Shown here: one piece after another, positions 17,009 through 27,479 of the stretch
Numbering within the stretch: position 1 is the first letter of the stretch
How the letters are laid out: each line of letters opens with the position of its first letter
Virus record (IMG/VR): IMGVR_UViG_2061766007_000756
From: an uncultured virus (IMG/VR IMGVR_UViG_2061766007_000756)
Lineage: Duplodnaviria; Heunggongvirae; Uroviricota; Caudoviricetes
Strand: one strand, 5' to 3'
Length of the DNA: 29,893 nt
Notes under the pieces: generated by a model
What the model saw: only the letters and a program-made list of their open reading frames with translations
Database searches by the model: none
What the model was told of the DNA's origin: nothing
Translations under genes and position numbers: made by a program

Positions 17009-18412
17009 TTAATCTTCATCATCTATATGATGCTTTTTACGATACGCATATTCTTCTTCAGCAATATCTTCGAAACAATCTTGGCAAAAATATGCCTGAT
17101 ATTTCTCAGAATAAATCACTTCGTCTATATTAAATAATTCCTCACAGTTTTCGCAATAGACGAAATCACCATTATCAAGACAGTTGCGGCAAACCAAAGT
17201 TCCATCATGTAATTCATACATATCATCTTCTGCATATCTCTCGCCGCAACAAGAACAAACCAATCCATCATTTATTAAACCAAAATCAGCCGCACAATCA
17301 TAGCATAACATGCGCCCTTCTCCAGCATCAATTGACCCACGTCCGCAGCACAGACATTTTACATCATGCCCAATGACAATCTTTGGATGCTCCGGCGTAA
17401 GTCCCTGCATATCTCTGCGAGAAGAATAAAATGGTTTATAATAAGATGAATACAACAAATCATTATATGGTAAGTCCGATCCGTCTTCAATGAACTCTTT
17501 TATTCTAACTAAGTCATAAGCGCCATATCCCTGACCAAGTAGAATGTAGGGTTCTGTTAATTCAAATAATTTATCACCCTTAGTTATTTCTTTTAATTGC
17601 GTATCAATAAAAGGATACCAATCCCCAGGTAATATATTTTGAATTTTCTCATAAATACCATCCAAAGTAAATGGATACTGGCGACCCAAAAAGCACCAAT
17701 TCTCGCTTGGGTCAATATGAATCCACATTCTCCATTTTTTTGAATTCCATTTTACACTTGAAGGAAAATGAGGAAGTACAACATCATCATCTCCCTTAAT
17801 ATAACAACATATAGTGACTTCATCAGTCATATAACTTAAGTTGCCCGCACGATATTCACCATCCAATGCATGGCAAGAACGCCAGTTATAAGTAGTTTCG
17901 CTGGCAGACAAATAGTCTAATGGATGCACAGAAAGACATAAACAACCATGAACTTTATCTTTTTGAATATATGAACTTGCTAACTGTTGGATATGAACAA
18001 GCATATCTTTATCAGCAATAAAAAACTTAAAAGCCTTAGATAGTTTCATACCCTTTTTCACAGGCTTATTTAGTGTGATATTCTCATTAGATACCAAATT
18101 TTTGAAAAATGTTTCTTGATTTGCTTTTACAAATTGATAAAATGCAGAATATTCAGTATAATTCATAATATGACTACACTGGTCTAAGAAATCATTTACC
18201 ATTGTAGTTTGCTTTTCAATATCAATATGATATTCAACTTCTCCAAGTTCACAAATCAGTTTATCTCCGAACCATCTGATGAACCTCTTTTTATTTTTGA
18301 ACCAAGTATCAAACAGTGTCGTTGTCGCAGACGGTGTAAACTCCTGACTCCACTCGATTACTTTGTCGAACTGGTTCTGTATAGAAGTCAAATACTGACT
18401 CGGGTATTCCAT
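17009..18412 (-). CDS. hypothetical protein with C-terminal CxxC zinc-ribbon repeats; paralog of 21031-22734
   Basis: LCLSVHPLDYLSAS...WRSCH...GEYRAG; six C-terminal CxxC pairs. Confidence 0.85.
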   Translation of the reverse strand: MEYPSQYLTSIQNQFDKVIEWSQEFTPSATTTLFDTWFKNKKRFIRWFGDKLICELGEVEYHIDIEKQTTMVNDFLDQCSHIMNYTEYSAFYQFVKANQETFFKNLVSNENITLNKPVKKGMKLSKAFKFFIADKDMLVHIQQLASSYIQKDKVHGCLCLSVHPLDYLSASETTYNWRSCHALDGEYRAGNLSYMTDEVTICCYIKGDDDVVLPHFPSSVKWNSKKWRMWIHIDPSENWCFLGRQYPFTLDGIYEKIQNILPGDWYPFIDTQLKEITKGDKLFELTEPYILLGQGYGAYDLVRIKEFIEDGSDLPYNDLLYSSYYKPFYSSRRDMQGLTPEHPKIVIGHDVKCLCCGRGSIDAGEGRMLCYDCAADFGLINDGLVCSCCGERYAEDDMYELHDGTLVCRNCLDNGDFVYCENCEELFNIDEVIYSEKYQAYFCQDCFEDIAEEEYAYRKKHHIDDED

Positions 18413-19364
18413 GTTTTTGTAACTCCTTTACTCTTTCTGCACATTTAGGGCATAATCCATTCTCATTTACAATACCTGGCATAAAACATTCATTACAAGA
18501 ATCGCACCAATCCAGGTCCACATTTTCAAGGCAATCATCGCATATCCATACTCGCTGTTGGTCTTTGTTAATTGCTGGCATCATAATTCTACTTGATTTG
18601 GTTTTACCACAATGAGCACAAGTACACAAAATATTGCCATATAATTCAGCGTAAGCATCTTGATATTCAAAATATTTTGCATTTTCTGCGTCATCAAGCA
18701 TTTTTTCTACTTTTTTAATTGTAGATAACATTTGCCCGACAAATAACGTTTCAATTACGCTATGCTCATTTCTATAACCAATAGAGAGATTAACTCCTGA
18801 TACTCGCCACATAGGACACAATTCTACAATATCTGTGAATGTGCCAAATGCTAATACGAAGTCGAATGATTGTACATAATCTTGAAATTCTTTATTACCT
18901 TCGTCATAAAAGACACAATCCACTGCGCCAGCTCTATCTAATTCTATGATATATTTTAAATCTTGAAATGGACATGGTTCATTAGCCAAATTACTTGCGC
19001 CAACCACACCAATTTCTTCATCAGTTGTAAAAATAATATGGGGGCGGTATCCATCAGATAAAATCTTAAAAATAGAAAAAACTCCTGCACGATCATCCGC
19101 GCCCAGGCCATTCGGACTCCACATTACATTTGCTTCTTTATCATAGAAGATTTGTGTTGGCGGTTCCGCAAATACAGTATCGAGATGAGCCACCAGGCAG
19201 ATAGGTATTTCGCCCTCGGCGCACACAGCGCTTTTAGATATTTTTACTTTATCTTCTGGATATATTTTGCATAGCATACGATATACTGTATTTTGCAGCT
19301 TGGGCTGCGTCATTTGTGCAAGAGTCTTAAAACACTTAAAGTCTCGCGCATTTAATACTTGCAT
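18309..19364 (-). CDS. M28/M20-like zinc peptidase with C-terminal zinc ribbons
   Basis: AHLDTV, LGADDRAG, DEEIG, ELDR, NEH. Confidence 0.85.
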   Translation of the reverse strand: MQVLNARDFKCFKTLAQMTQPKLQNTVYRMLCKIYPEDKVKISKSAVCAEGEIPICLVAHLDTVFAEPPTQIFYDKEANVMWSPNGLGADDRAGVFSIFKILSDGYRPHIIFTTDEEIGVVGASNLANEPCPFQDLKYIIELDRAGAVDCVFYDEGNKEFQDYVQSFDFVLAFGTFTDIVELCPMWRVSGVNLSIGYRNEHSVIETLFVGQMLSTIKKVEKMLDDAENAKYFEYQDAYAELYGNILCTCAHCGKTKSSRIMMPAINKDQQRVWICDDCLENVDLDWCDSCNECFMPGIVNENGLCPKCAERVKELQKHGIPESVFDFYTEPVRQSNRVESGVYTVCDNDTV

Positions 19365-19418
19365 AATATATATCCTTTCATTTTTCTATATATATTATAC
19401 AATATTTTTAATAAAAAA

Positions 19419-20185
19419 TCAAGTATTGTCTTTCGGGAGCTCGTCTACGAACTTCTGCAACAAGTCTTTCTTAGCTAACTGGAGACCAAGATCGCAGGCA
19501 TGGCATCCGGCACCATTGGGATATTCTTCACAATGCTGGCGGCAAGTTAATCTTTGTTTGCCAATTTGGTCATCAATTAACCAATTAGCAATACCTTGGT
19601 CTTTAAATTCAGGCATAATAAATTCAATGTCTTGCTTCCATTCACCAGATTTATAAATACGATAGAACGCTTGTTCTGCTTGAGCAGTTTCTGCCCCTAT
19701 AAATTCGCAAATGCTATTAGGGAACATTTCTTCATATAGCTTTATATCTTCTGGNNNNNNNNNNNNNNNNNNNNNNAAATATCCAGGGCTAGCATCAACC
19801 AAATTTGGGACCCAGCGCACATTAATATCAAATCGTTGCACTTTATCTAAAGAAGAGAAGAGCGGCTGGTCAAGATAAACATATGCAGCGCCCATTTCTT
19901 GTAATGCAGCTAATGCAGCAAAATTATTGATAGTACGTAATAAATAAGCTGGCAATCCTTCTGCAAGAACATTTTTTAAATCAGTCATTGATGTAACGCC
20001 CACAGAAAATCCTTTTGGATATTGAGTAGCCACACCTTTAAGCCATTTTATATCAATCATACCATTATATTGCGTCCAACACTGAACTGTCACAGGTTTT
20101 TCAGCATATTGCTCTTGGTAGTCTAATAATCTTTCTTTCTCTTTATATGGGACAATAATCTCGTCAGCTTGATCAAGATATTTCT
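19419..20185 (-). CDS. U32-family-like protein with a C-terminal Cys cluster; start in a gap
   Basis: NNFAALAALQEMGAAYVYL...PEDIKLY...CRQHC...CHAC; family call tentative. Confidence 0.5.
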
Positions 20186-20352
20186 NNNNNNNNNNNNNNN
20201 NNNNNNNNNNNNNNNNNNNNNNNNNNNNNNNNNNNNNNNNNNNNNNNNNNNNNNNNNNNNNNNNNNNNNNNNNNNNNNNNNNNNNNNNNNNNNNNNNNNN
20301 NNNNNNNNNNNNNNNNNNNNNNNNNNNNNNNNNNNNNNNTTCAACTTTCAAC

Positions 20353-20392
20353 AAAAAAAGAAAGCCTATGGGCTTTCACCCATAGGCTTTTC
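20353..20392 (-). terminator. intrinsic terminator
   Basis: AAAGCCUAUGGG...CCCAUAGGCUUU followed by a U run. Confidence 0.8.
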
Positions 20393-20402
20393 TTTATTCG
20401 GC

Positions 20403-20777
20403 TCAGCCGACCAGACGGTAGGCAACAACCTTGCGGGCCTTCTTGCCCTCGCCGCCTTCGATGACGACCTCACCCTTCTCGGCCTCACCAGCCTNNNNNN
20501 NNNNNNNNNNNNNNNNNNNNNNNGAGGTGACATCTTCGCCCTCGATCTGGGCGGTTACATCGGCGATGGTCTGGAACTCATCGGTCAGGACAGAAGCAAC
20601 AGCCTCGGTCAGCTCATCACCAGCCGCTCTCTTCTTCGCGGCGGTTTCCTTAGCCTTAACGGCCTTCTTGTCCAGGAGCTCGATCTCGTGCTCACAGAAC
20701 GTGACGATCGCGTCGTTGTCCTTAAGCAGGTTCATGATGTCGATGTACATTTCTTTCTTGGTGATCTTGTTAGCCAT
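20403..20777 (-). CDS. probable winged-helix DNA-binding protein
   Basis: Helical N-terminus, FQTIADVTAQI helix, KVVAYRL wing; own promoter and terminator; strong codon bias. Confidence 0.7.
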   Translation of the reverse strand: MANKITKKEMYIDIMNLLKDNDAIVTFCEHEIELLDKKAVKAKETAAKKRAAGDELTEAVASVLTDEFQTIADVTAQIEGEDVTXXXXXXXXXXXAGEAEKGEVVIEGGEGKKARKVVAYRLVG

Positions 20778-21030
20778 AGTTTTTTCTCCTTAAATGATTT
20801 TTTTTGATTTGTGGCTTTGTCTTTCTTTATCTTACATATCTATTATATCAAATTTTTTTGAAAAAATCAAATTGCCGATTTTTTCGCTCCAGCCCCTTGG
20901 ANNNNNNNNNNTTGAGGGACTTGGGAAAACCTCTTTCTTTATCTTACATATATATTATATCAAAATTTTTCCAAAAAATCAATCTGCGTTTTCTTCGTCC
21001 AGGATTGCGACCCAATCATGGCGGGCTTCA

Positions 21031-22734
21031 TCATCCGNNNNNNNNNNNNNNNNNNNNNNNNNNNNNNNNNNNNNNNNNNNNNNNNNNNNNNNNNNNNNCA
21101 TGACGGCAAACAAACTCATCCTGCCAATCTTCTGTTAAATCGGATAAGAAAATATATGCAATATATGAAGTTCTACCATAATAATTCTGTTTCTTAACAA
21201 ATTTAATCTCATGTCCTTCTTTTAAGAAGCGAGAGAACTGCTTATTACCCCAAAGGTCATCAGGTCCAACATCGCCACTTTCGGCATCTAAAATATAAGG
21301 ATTCTGCCAATCAAAGTTCTCAGGTATCAACTGACCATTTTCAATGGCGTCGGCAAGTTTGTCATGAACTACAAAAACTCGTGCCATACTATCATAGCGA
21401 TAATATTCATCATCAGAAAAGCTCTTCTGATAATCTGAACATAAACAGTCTTCACAAACTCGTTCTCCATTACCGGTTTCAATTAGTTCGTGTTCGCCGA
21501 AATGACGTCCACAGCAATCACAATAAGCCATTTCATAACAATCGGGGCAGGTTAAAGATTCTTCAGACTCTTCTTCATATATATCGCCGCACCACATACA
21601 TTCAGGCATACCAGAAAAATTAATGTCAATATTGGTAGCCTGACGTTCATTTTCGCGCACGCATCCATAGTGCTTGACAGATCCAAAGTCAGAGTACATA
21701 TAACCAGCAGAGAAATCTAAATACACGGTGCCATGCGCCGATTCTAACTCAGGATAGTCATAAGCGATAACATTACCATATTTCGCTTGGAAACCAGCTT
21801 CAGCAGCCATCTTTTTGAGTTTGTTGATAATAAGTTTATCAACTTCGGGAAGCTGATAAGGGTATCCCTTAATACTACCAATAAAATCGGGGTGAACAAT
21901 ATACAGGCTGCGCCATTTCTTATTCGTCCACTCATGACCAAAAATCTTCATCGGCTGAGAGGAGTTCAAATAAGCAACAACAACATAGGGGCTGTTCATC
22001 ATCTCAACAGTACCCTGACGATATTCTCCAGGACGTCTCCAGCTCATGCAAGAGTCCCAATCGCAATCATTATCACTCATGGTCATATAATCCATAGGAT
22101 GAATAGATAAGCACAATTCTCCATGAAGCTTAGCCACATTTAAATGCTGAGATACTGCGATGCGAAAGGCTTCAAAATCTTCAGAAATATGAAAAGCCGC
22201 ATTAATTTTGCCGAGCATTTTCACAGGTTTGCATCCGCGCGCAACAATAATCTGATGTCCATCAGGAGTGGGAATACGCGCTTCTTCACCATCATAGCAG
22301 TTCTGTGCCAAAGTATAATATGAGTCTAATGCGAATAAGGTATTTTCGATCGTGCTCCAATCAGACCACCCCATACCATTATCAACTCTGCACCACTGCT
22401 CAAAATTCGAGATCCAGTCATAAAATGCATCAAAAAACCGAGTAATTTTTGAGTCCTTGCGCATATCCATTTCAATACTGCGCGTAGGCACAGTATAGTC
22501 AATATGCTCAGATTTAATTAAAGAATCCTGGAACATCAGTCCCAGCATCGACAAACCTTTGGCTTCAGCCCATGGCTTGAGAATGGTGTCAATATTTGCC
22601 CTACGATGGTAATTAACCGTATAATAATTCCCGTCTCCAACAGCATAAGACTCAATATACATATTCATTAAGTCTTTCTGCTCATCAGTAATCAGATTTC
22701 GTAAGTCCTGCATGACACTCATCTCCTTTTTCAT
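21031..22734 (-). CDS. hypothetical protein with CxxC zinc ribbons; paralog of 17009-18412 (3' end uncertain, may extend to 20979)
   Basis: LCLSIHPMDYMTMS...WDSCM...GEYRQG; CMWC, CPDC, CDCC, CEDC. Confidence 0.85.
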   Translation of the reverse strand: MKKEMSVMQDLRNLITDEQKDLMNMYIESYAVGDGNYYTVNYHRRANIDTILKPWAEAKGLSMLGLMFQDSLIKSEHIDYTVPTRSIEMDMRKDSKITRFFDAFYDWISNFEQWCRVDNGMGWSDWSTIENTLFALDSYYTLAQNCYDGEEARIPTPDGHQIIVARGCKPVKMLGKINAAFHISEDFEAFRIAVSQHLNVAKLHGELCLSIHPMDYMTMSDNDCDWDSCMSWRRPGEYRQGTVEMMNSPYVVVAYLNSSQPMKIFGHEWTNKKWRSLYIVHPDFIGSIKGYPYQLPEVDKLIINKLKKMAAEAGFQAKYGNVIAYDYPELESAHGTVYLDFSAGYMYSDFGSVKHYGCVRENERQATNIDINFSGMPECMWCGDIYEEESEESLTCPDCYEMAYCDCCGRHFGEHELIETGNGERVCEDCLCSDYQKSFSDDEYYRYDSMARVFVVHDKLADAIENGQLIPENFDWQNPYILDAESGDVGPDDLWGNKQFSRFLKEGHEIKFVKKQNYYGRTSYIAYIFLSDLTEDWQDEFVCRHXXXXXXXXXXXXXXXXXXXXXG

Positions 22735-22792
22735 TTTCTATATATATTATATCAAATTTTTTTATAAAAATCAATACAGCCTATAAGAAACT

Positions 22793-22825
22793 AAAAGGCT
22801 GGGTGTTTAACCCAGCCTTTGTTTT
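22793..22825 (-). terminator. intrinsic terminator
   Basis: AAAGGCUGGGU...ACCCAGCCUUUU. Confidence 0.75.
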
Positions 22826-24155
22826 AATATTTACCAAGAGATCCTGATAGTTTATCATTTGCTTTTGGTGGTTCTTTACCTGGCAAAATCGCATTTAGTA
22901 AGATACCTACCACTGATGCGATCGCCAAACCAGACAGCGATACACTAATGCTTCCGATTGCGAATGTAATAGCCCCGGCCGCACTAAACGAAACTCCTAA
23001 AGCCAAGCTAAGGATTGCCGCAGCAATAATAATATTTCTTGACTCTTGGAAATCAGTATAATTTTCTACCATATTTCTAATGCCAATAGCAGAAATCATA
23101 CCATATAGGATTAAAGATACACCACCGATAGTTGCGGCAGGCATTACTCTGATTAAAGCTGCAAACTTCGGGCAAAAACTCAATACAATAGCAAAATATG
23201 CGGCCAATCTAATCACAAATGGATCGTAGACCTTGGTTAATGCAAGCACACCGGTATTCTCGCCATATGTAGTATTTGCCGGAGCGCCAAACAGGGCGGC
23301 GATTGTGGTGCCAACGCCATCGCCGATTAAGGTTCTGTGCAAGCCAGGATTCTCAATAAAATTCTGACCAACTGTTGAGCCGATTGCGGAAATATCTCCG
23401 ACGTGTTCCATCATTGTAGCAATAGCAATAGGTACAATTGTTACAATGGAGCTGATTAGTAATCCTGTATTTACATTAGTCGAAAACAGACCAAATACTG
23501 TATCTTTCATTTGGAAAGGCAACCCAATCCATGCAGCGTCTTTTACTAATGTAAAATCAATATTACCAGTAATTGCGGCAACACCATATGACGCAACTAC
23601 TCCAAGTAAGATTGGAATGATTTTAATCATTCCTTTACCCCATATGTTGCAAACAATAACTACAACAATAGCAACGAGTGCGATCCACCAATTATTCGCG
23701 CAGTTATTAATTGCGGAAGGGGCCAGGGTCATTCCGATTGCAATAATAATCGGTCCTGTTACGATTGGTGGGAAAAACTTAATAATCTTATGGCTTCCCA
23801 CCATCTTACATATAAATGCAAGTAGTAGATAAAGCAGGCCGGCGCACGCAACGCCCACACAAGCATATGGCAATGCTTCAGCTTCAGTTAGACCATATCC
23901 TGCACCAGTTGTCTTGACTGCAGCATATCCGCCTAAGAACGCGAAAGAAGATCCCAGAAATACAGGAATTTTTCCGCTTGTAACTAAATGCATGAACAAT
24001 GTGGCGATACCGGCAAATAGCAGAGTAGCCGATACGCTCAAGCCAGTTAAAATGGGTACTAAAACTGTTGCTCCGAACATGGCAAAAAGGTGCTGCCACC
24101 CAAGCACCACCGTCTTGCCGATGCCCAATTCCTTCACATCATAAATTGGTTCCAT
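22824..24155 (-). CDS. uraA: uracil/xanthine permease (NCS2 family)
   Basis: QHLFAMFGATVLVP, LGSSFAF, EHVGD, NTTYGENTGV signature; multiple TM helices. Confidence 0.93.
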   Translation of the reverse strand: MEPIYDVKELGIGKTVVLGWQHLFAMFGATVLVPILTGLSVSATLLFAGIATLFMHLVTSGKIPVFLGSSFAFLGGYAAVKTTGAGYGLTEAEALPYACVGVACAGLLYLLLAFICKMVGSHKIIKFFPPIVTGPIIIAIGMTLAPSAINNCANNWWIALVAIVVVIVCNIWGKGMIKIIPILLGVVASYGVAAITGNIDFTLVKDAAWIGLPFQMKDTVFGLFSTNVNTGLLISSIVTIVPIAIATMMEHVGDISAIGSTVGQNFIENPGLHRTLIGDGVGTTIAALFGAPANTTYGENTGVLALTKVYDPFVIRLAAYFAIVLSFCPKFAALIRVMPAATIGGVSLILYGMISAIGIRNMVENYTDFQESRNIIIAAAILSLALGVSFSAAGAITFAIGSISVSLSGLAIASVVGILLNAILPGKEPPKANDKLSGSLGKY

Positions 24156-24158
24156 TCA

Positions 24159-24419
24159 TTACCCTTTCCATCGCTTTGCGATTTCTGTTTCGACATACTC
24201 TCGCTCAGCGTCGGTAAGGTCTTCAACTCCGTTAAAGCCGGCGTGCACAAATGCGACTTCCTGTGTCCACTCATCATTCGGATCATCAGCTGCCGCAAGT
24301 TCATTAATCAAGCCTTCTATGCTACTGGTGCGCTGTGCCCAGATATTAAAGGCAACTGTTTCCGCGAAGCTTGCATTTTCCCCACTTGGGGGCGTAACGA
24401 ACCAATCGTGCCAACTCAT
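24159..24419 (-). CDS. hypothetical protein
   Basis: 86 aa, translationally coupled (TAATG). Confidence 0.75.
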   Translation of the reverse strand: MSWHDWFVTPPSGENASFAETVAFNIWAQRTSSIEGLINELAAADDPNDEWTQEVAFVHAGFNGVEDLTDAEREYVETEIAKRWKG

Positions 24420-25144
24420 TAGACTACCTCCTCAACCGCTTTGCAACGAGTCAAAACAGTTTGCTTAACATTCTTGTAGACCTTGTGGTCTTTGATGGTG
24501 CCATCAATCCAATACACACCACCTTCAGGCAGGCTCTTCGAAGCGGTAATCCAGGTATACACGTTACCATCTTCGTCCTCAAAATTGTGGACGGTGGACT
24601 GACCATAGTAACTGTCAATCTGGAACGAACGAGTAACCTTCATCAGGATACCATGAATGCGTTCACCGATCTTACCCTGGAACTCAGATTTGGACGGCTC
24701 GCAGACAAGGGCGTCAACTGCACTCTGAACTTCTTCATCAGACTTCAGAGTCTCGTCTTCCTTGCCAACAACGCTCCAATCCAGGCGCACAGGCTCGATC
24801 CCTTCGATTTCAGGGACTTCGCTTCCGCCAGGGATACCCCAGCCCCAAAACCGCGTATAGCGGGCGCCCGCAGACTTCAATTCCTCTTTGACAGAGAAGG
24901 TGTCACCTTTGAAGATGGTGATATAGCCTTCCTTGAAGCCAAGTACTTCCTTTTGGGACTTCCAGTACGGGTCCTTCGTAGAATCAACCGCTTTCGTGCC
25001 GTACATACGAGCATATTCTTTATCGGTGTACCAGCGCACTTGCTGGACACTGCCCTTGCCGTTACGGACCTTTACATATTTCCGACCGTTGACCGTATAT
25101 ACATCAGACACGATCTCGAAGCTCTGATAAGATTTTGCTACCAT
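24419..25144 (-). CDS. hypothetical protein with a probable C-terminal OB-fold
   Basis: GKIGERI...YG...FEDEDGNVYTW...GTIKDHKVY..KQTVLTRC. Confidence 0.8.
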   Translation of the reverse strand: MVAKSYQSFEIVSDVYTVNGRKYVKVRNGKGSVQQVRWYTDKEYARMYGTKAVDSTKDPYWKSQKEVLGFKEGYITIFKGDTFSVKEELKSAGARYTRFWGWGIPGGSEVPEIEGIEPVRLDWSVVGKEDETLKSDEEVQSAVDALVCEPSKSEFQGKIGERIHGILMKVTRSFQIDSYYGQSTVHNFEDEDGNVYTWITASKSLPEGGVYWIDGTIKDHKVYKNVKQTVLTRCKAVEEVV

Positions 25145-25239
25145 ATACAGCACCAACCTTTCTTTTTCTTTCATTTTCTATATATATTATAACAAAAATT
25201 TTCTAAAAAATCAAAGTCCTTCCTTTTGGCGGGAAGGAC

Positions 25240-25268
25240 TTGAAAATTTGCGAAATTTATGGTATAAT
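25240..25268 (+). promoter_or_regulatory. sigma-A-type promoter, divergent from the one at 25186-25214
   Basis: TTGAAA-N17-TATAAT with an extended TG. Confidence 0.75.
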
Positions 25269-25302
25269 ATATATAGAAGTATCTAAAGAAAGGAGCGAAA
25301 TT

Positions 25303-26025
25303 ATGTCAATTATTGATTCAATACTTGCTGGGTTAGCTTATGGTCTTGGCGCTACTGCATGGTTTTTTATATATGATGGATCTTTAGCCAGCTTAATTGT
25401 TGGATCTTTTTGCTTTGCTATTGTCTTAATGGCAATTCCATATTATCGTCTTGACTTCTTTTTGGGACGCCCCGGCGCACTTGTTGATAAAAATATAGAT
25501 CCCGTTGAAACAATTATTGTTTACTTTGGTAATGCTATTGGAGTAATGTGGATCGCCATATTGATGAAATTATTTGCACCAATGGAAACTCATTTACAAG
25601 AAGTTGCTGAATATTGTTTATCTTATTTACGTGAACAGCATTGGGATAGTGTATTTGTTATATCTATCTTTTCAGGTATGATGTTTTATGCTGGTGCAAT
25701 GGCTATAAATAAAGGACAACCACCTATTTATTTTTTATTGATTAGCTTTGTATGTATGATGGCACGATGGCCAACAGTACATATTGTATTTTATTCTTTG
25801 TGGCTTGATAAATGGGCTGGCAGTTGGTATTTAATTGTTCCTGTAACTCTTGGTAACATAATTGGATCTAATATATGGGTTATGTTACGAAAACATAGTC
25901 CAACATTTAAGAATCAAGATTATATTAAACCAGACGAATATGATATTGTGGACAGGTTCCACGATTTTGTTCGGAACAACAAGAATTCTGAGGATCCCAA
26001 CAAGGACAACCATTCTGACAAGTAA
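25303..26025 (+). CDS. divergent formate/nitrite transporter (FNT)-like membrane protein
   Basis: About six TM helices; YFGNAIG and VTLGNIIGS motifs; AAGGAG RBS. Confidence 0.7.
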   Translation: MSIIDSILAGLAYGLGATAWFFIYDGSLASLIVGSFCFAIVLMAIPYYRLDFFLGRPGALVDKNIDPVETIIVYFGNAIGVMWIAILMKLFAPMETHLQEVAEYCLSYLREQHWDSVFVISIFSGMMFYAGAMAINKGQPPIYFLLISFVCMMARWPTVHIVFYSLWLDKWAGSWYLIVPVTLGNIIGSNIWVMLRKHSPTFKNQDYIKPDEYDIVDRFHDFVRNNKNSEDPNKDNHSDK

Positions 26026-26446
26026 TTTTAATTCTTTCAGGATTCATGACTTGCGTCATGGCAGTCATATTTCCTTGCTGAATTCGTTTAGTGACGACTT
26101 TCGGGAGAGTTGACGGATCGGTTTCAAAAGAACATATGTTCTTGTTTTTACAAGTCTGGCAAGTGTTGTATTGCTGGTTGCATTGAGGGCATATGGACGC
26201 TTCGACAATCATTTTATCATCGGTCATCGTTGCAATTAAAGTGCCAGAGCCAAGATACTCTTGCCCGCAGCATTCGCATCGGCGCAATGACCTGGTATGA
26301 TAGCCACAAAAATGTTCATCTTTGACAGGCTGTCCATCCCGTCTACAAATGCGGCCGGTCTCGACATCCAATCGCGGAGTCGAGATCGCGCAAGTTTTAC
26401 AATAGAAATTTTTAATGTCCATGGTAATATGTATCGTTGAAATCAC
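25925..26446 (-). CDS. Cys-rich hypothetical protein
   Basis: Many CxxC motifs; convergent overlap with the FNT-like gene. Confidence 0.7.
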   Translation of the reverse strand: MISTIHITMDIKNFYCKTCAISTPRLDVETGRICRRDGQPVKDEHFCGYHTRSLRRCECCGQEYLGSGTLIATMTDDKMIVEASICPQCNQQYNTCQTCKNKNICSFETDPSTLPKVVTKRIQQGNMTAMTQVMNPERIKITCQNGCPCWDPQNSCCSEQNRGTCPQYHIRLV

Positions 26447-26720
26447 GAAGCTCGACTTCGCGATCTGCGCTCATAAAATTGAAACCGAATGAACGATATA
26501 TACCGTCTTGCTTCCAGGTAATACAGCACCAATTATCTGGAAGCAAACAATCATCATTTGGAAATGGATAAATAAATACAGAAGCATCAATATCCATTTT
26601 AGCTAAGATATTCTTTACTTTCGTGGGGGCAAAGCAATCATAAACATTGCTAGCCTCTTCAGACCCACGTGCCAAAATATTGTCAGCAATAGTATTATGA
26701 ATTAAATCTTTGACTGCCAT
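26412..26720 (-). CDS. hypothetical protein
   Basis: 102 aa, coupled TAATG start. Confidence 0.75.
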   Translation of the reverse strand: MAVKDLIHNTIADNILARGSEEASNVYDCFAPTKVKNILAKMDIDASVFIYPFPNDDCLLPDNWCCITWKQDGIYRSFGFNFMSADREVELRDFNDTYYHGH

Positions 26721-26959
26721 TAGACCGCCTCTTTAATTAACTGTTCTGCGAGTTCTTTGTTGATTTCAATAGGGCCGGTAGACGCTCCAATAGAAGTAAT
26801 ACGCATGGACATGATATCATCATATCCGCCCCACTGACGATCGATCTGCTCGACAACATCAGCATAAGAATCGCCGGTGTAAAGCTCGTAAAAAGTTTTT
26901 TCAACGCCGGCATCATCGTCCCAACTTTGAATTTCTGCAATATAGAACATGTAATCCAT
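26720..26959 (-). CDS. hypothetical protein
   Basis: 79 aa, GGAGGT RBS after the promoter at 26996. Confidence 0.8.
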   Translation of the reverse strand: MDYMFYIAEIQSWDDDAGVEKTFYELYTGDSYADVVEQIDRQWGGYDDIMSMRITSIGASTGPIEINKELAEQLIKEAV

Positions 26960-27045
26960 ATGATACCTCCATATTCTTTTTCATTTTCTATAATTATTAT
27001 ACCAAATTTTTTCTAAAAAAGCAATTTGAATATTATGTAAGGGGT

Positions 27046-27073
27046 TGACTTACAAAGTAATTTTTGGTATAAT
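27046..27073 (+). promoter_or_regulatory. sigma-A-type promoter for the plus-strand operon
   Basis: TTGACT...TGGTATAAT. Confidence 0.7.
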
Positions 27074-27140
27074 ATTGTTGGACAGAGTAAGACAAAATTT
27101 CATTTCAAACTTTCATATTATATGAAAGGAGTTTGGTGAT

Positions 27141-27281
27141 ATGAAAGATAATACTAACATTACGGTTAGGCTTAGTGTAGAAGAGAAAGAAGCTCTTCTT
27201 AAATATGCGGAAGAGCAAGACCTCACGATGAGTTAGGTCGTGCGTCGCGCACTTAAAGAATTCCTTGAAAAGAAATAGTAA
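27141..27281 (+). CDS. CopG-like ribbon-helix-helix regulator, TAG read as Gln
   Basis: MKDNTNITVRLSVEEKEALLKYAEEQDLTMS[TAG]VVRRALKEFLEKK[TAG]TAA; the TAG at 27234 lies in the S-Q/E-V-V-R helix B. Confidence 0.8.
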
Positions 27282-27296
27282 AGGAGACTAAGCCAA

Positions 27297-27479
27297 ATGC
27301 CAATTACAAAAATTATATATTCATTAAGAATAATGCTCGCACTACGTGCGGCCGGGTTCGAACCATTGACGACAATGCCGAACCCACAGCATCCAGAGTA
27401 TAACTGTTGGGTGTTTGAATTAACAGAAGATTTCCAAGCTGAATTGGACAAAATCTTAGGGGGTGCCAATAATGGGTGA
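27297..27479 (+). CDS. small protein, DUF5659-like
   Basis: IYSLRIMLAL..AGF...NPQHPEYNCWVF. Confidence 0.65.
   Translation: MPITKIIYSLRIMLALRAAGFEPLTTMPNPQHPEYNCWVFELTEDFQAELDKILGGANNG

Noticed and set aside
24461..25192. 243-aa plus-strand ORF, and the plus-strand ORFs at 20169-20807 and 23446-23832
   Set aside because: Antisense shadows of codon-biased minus-strand genes.
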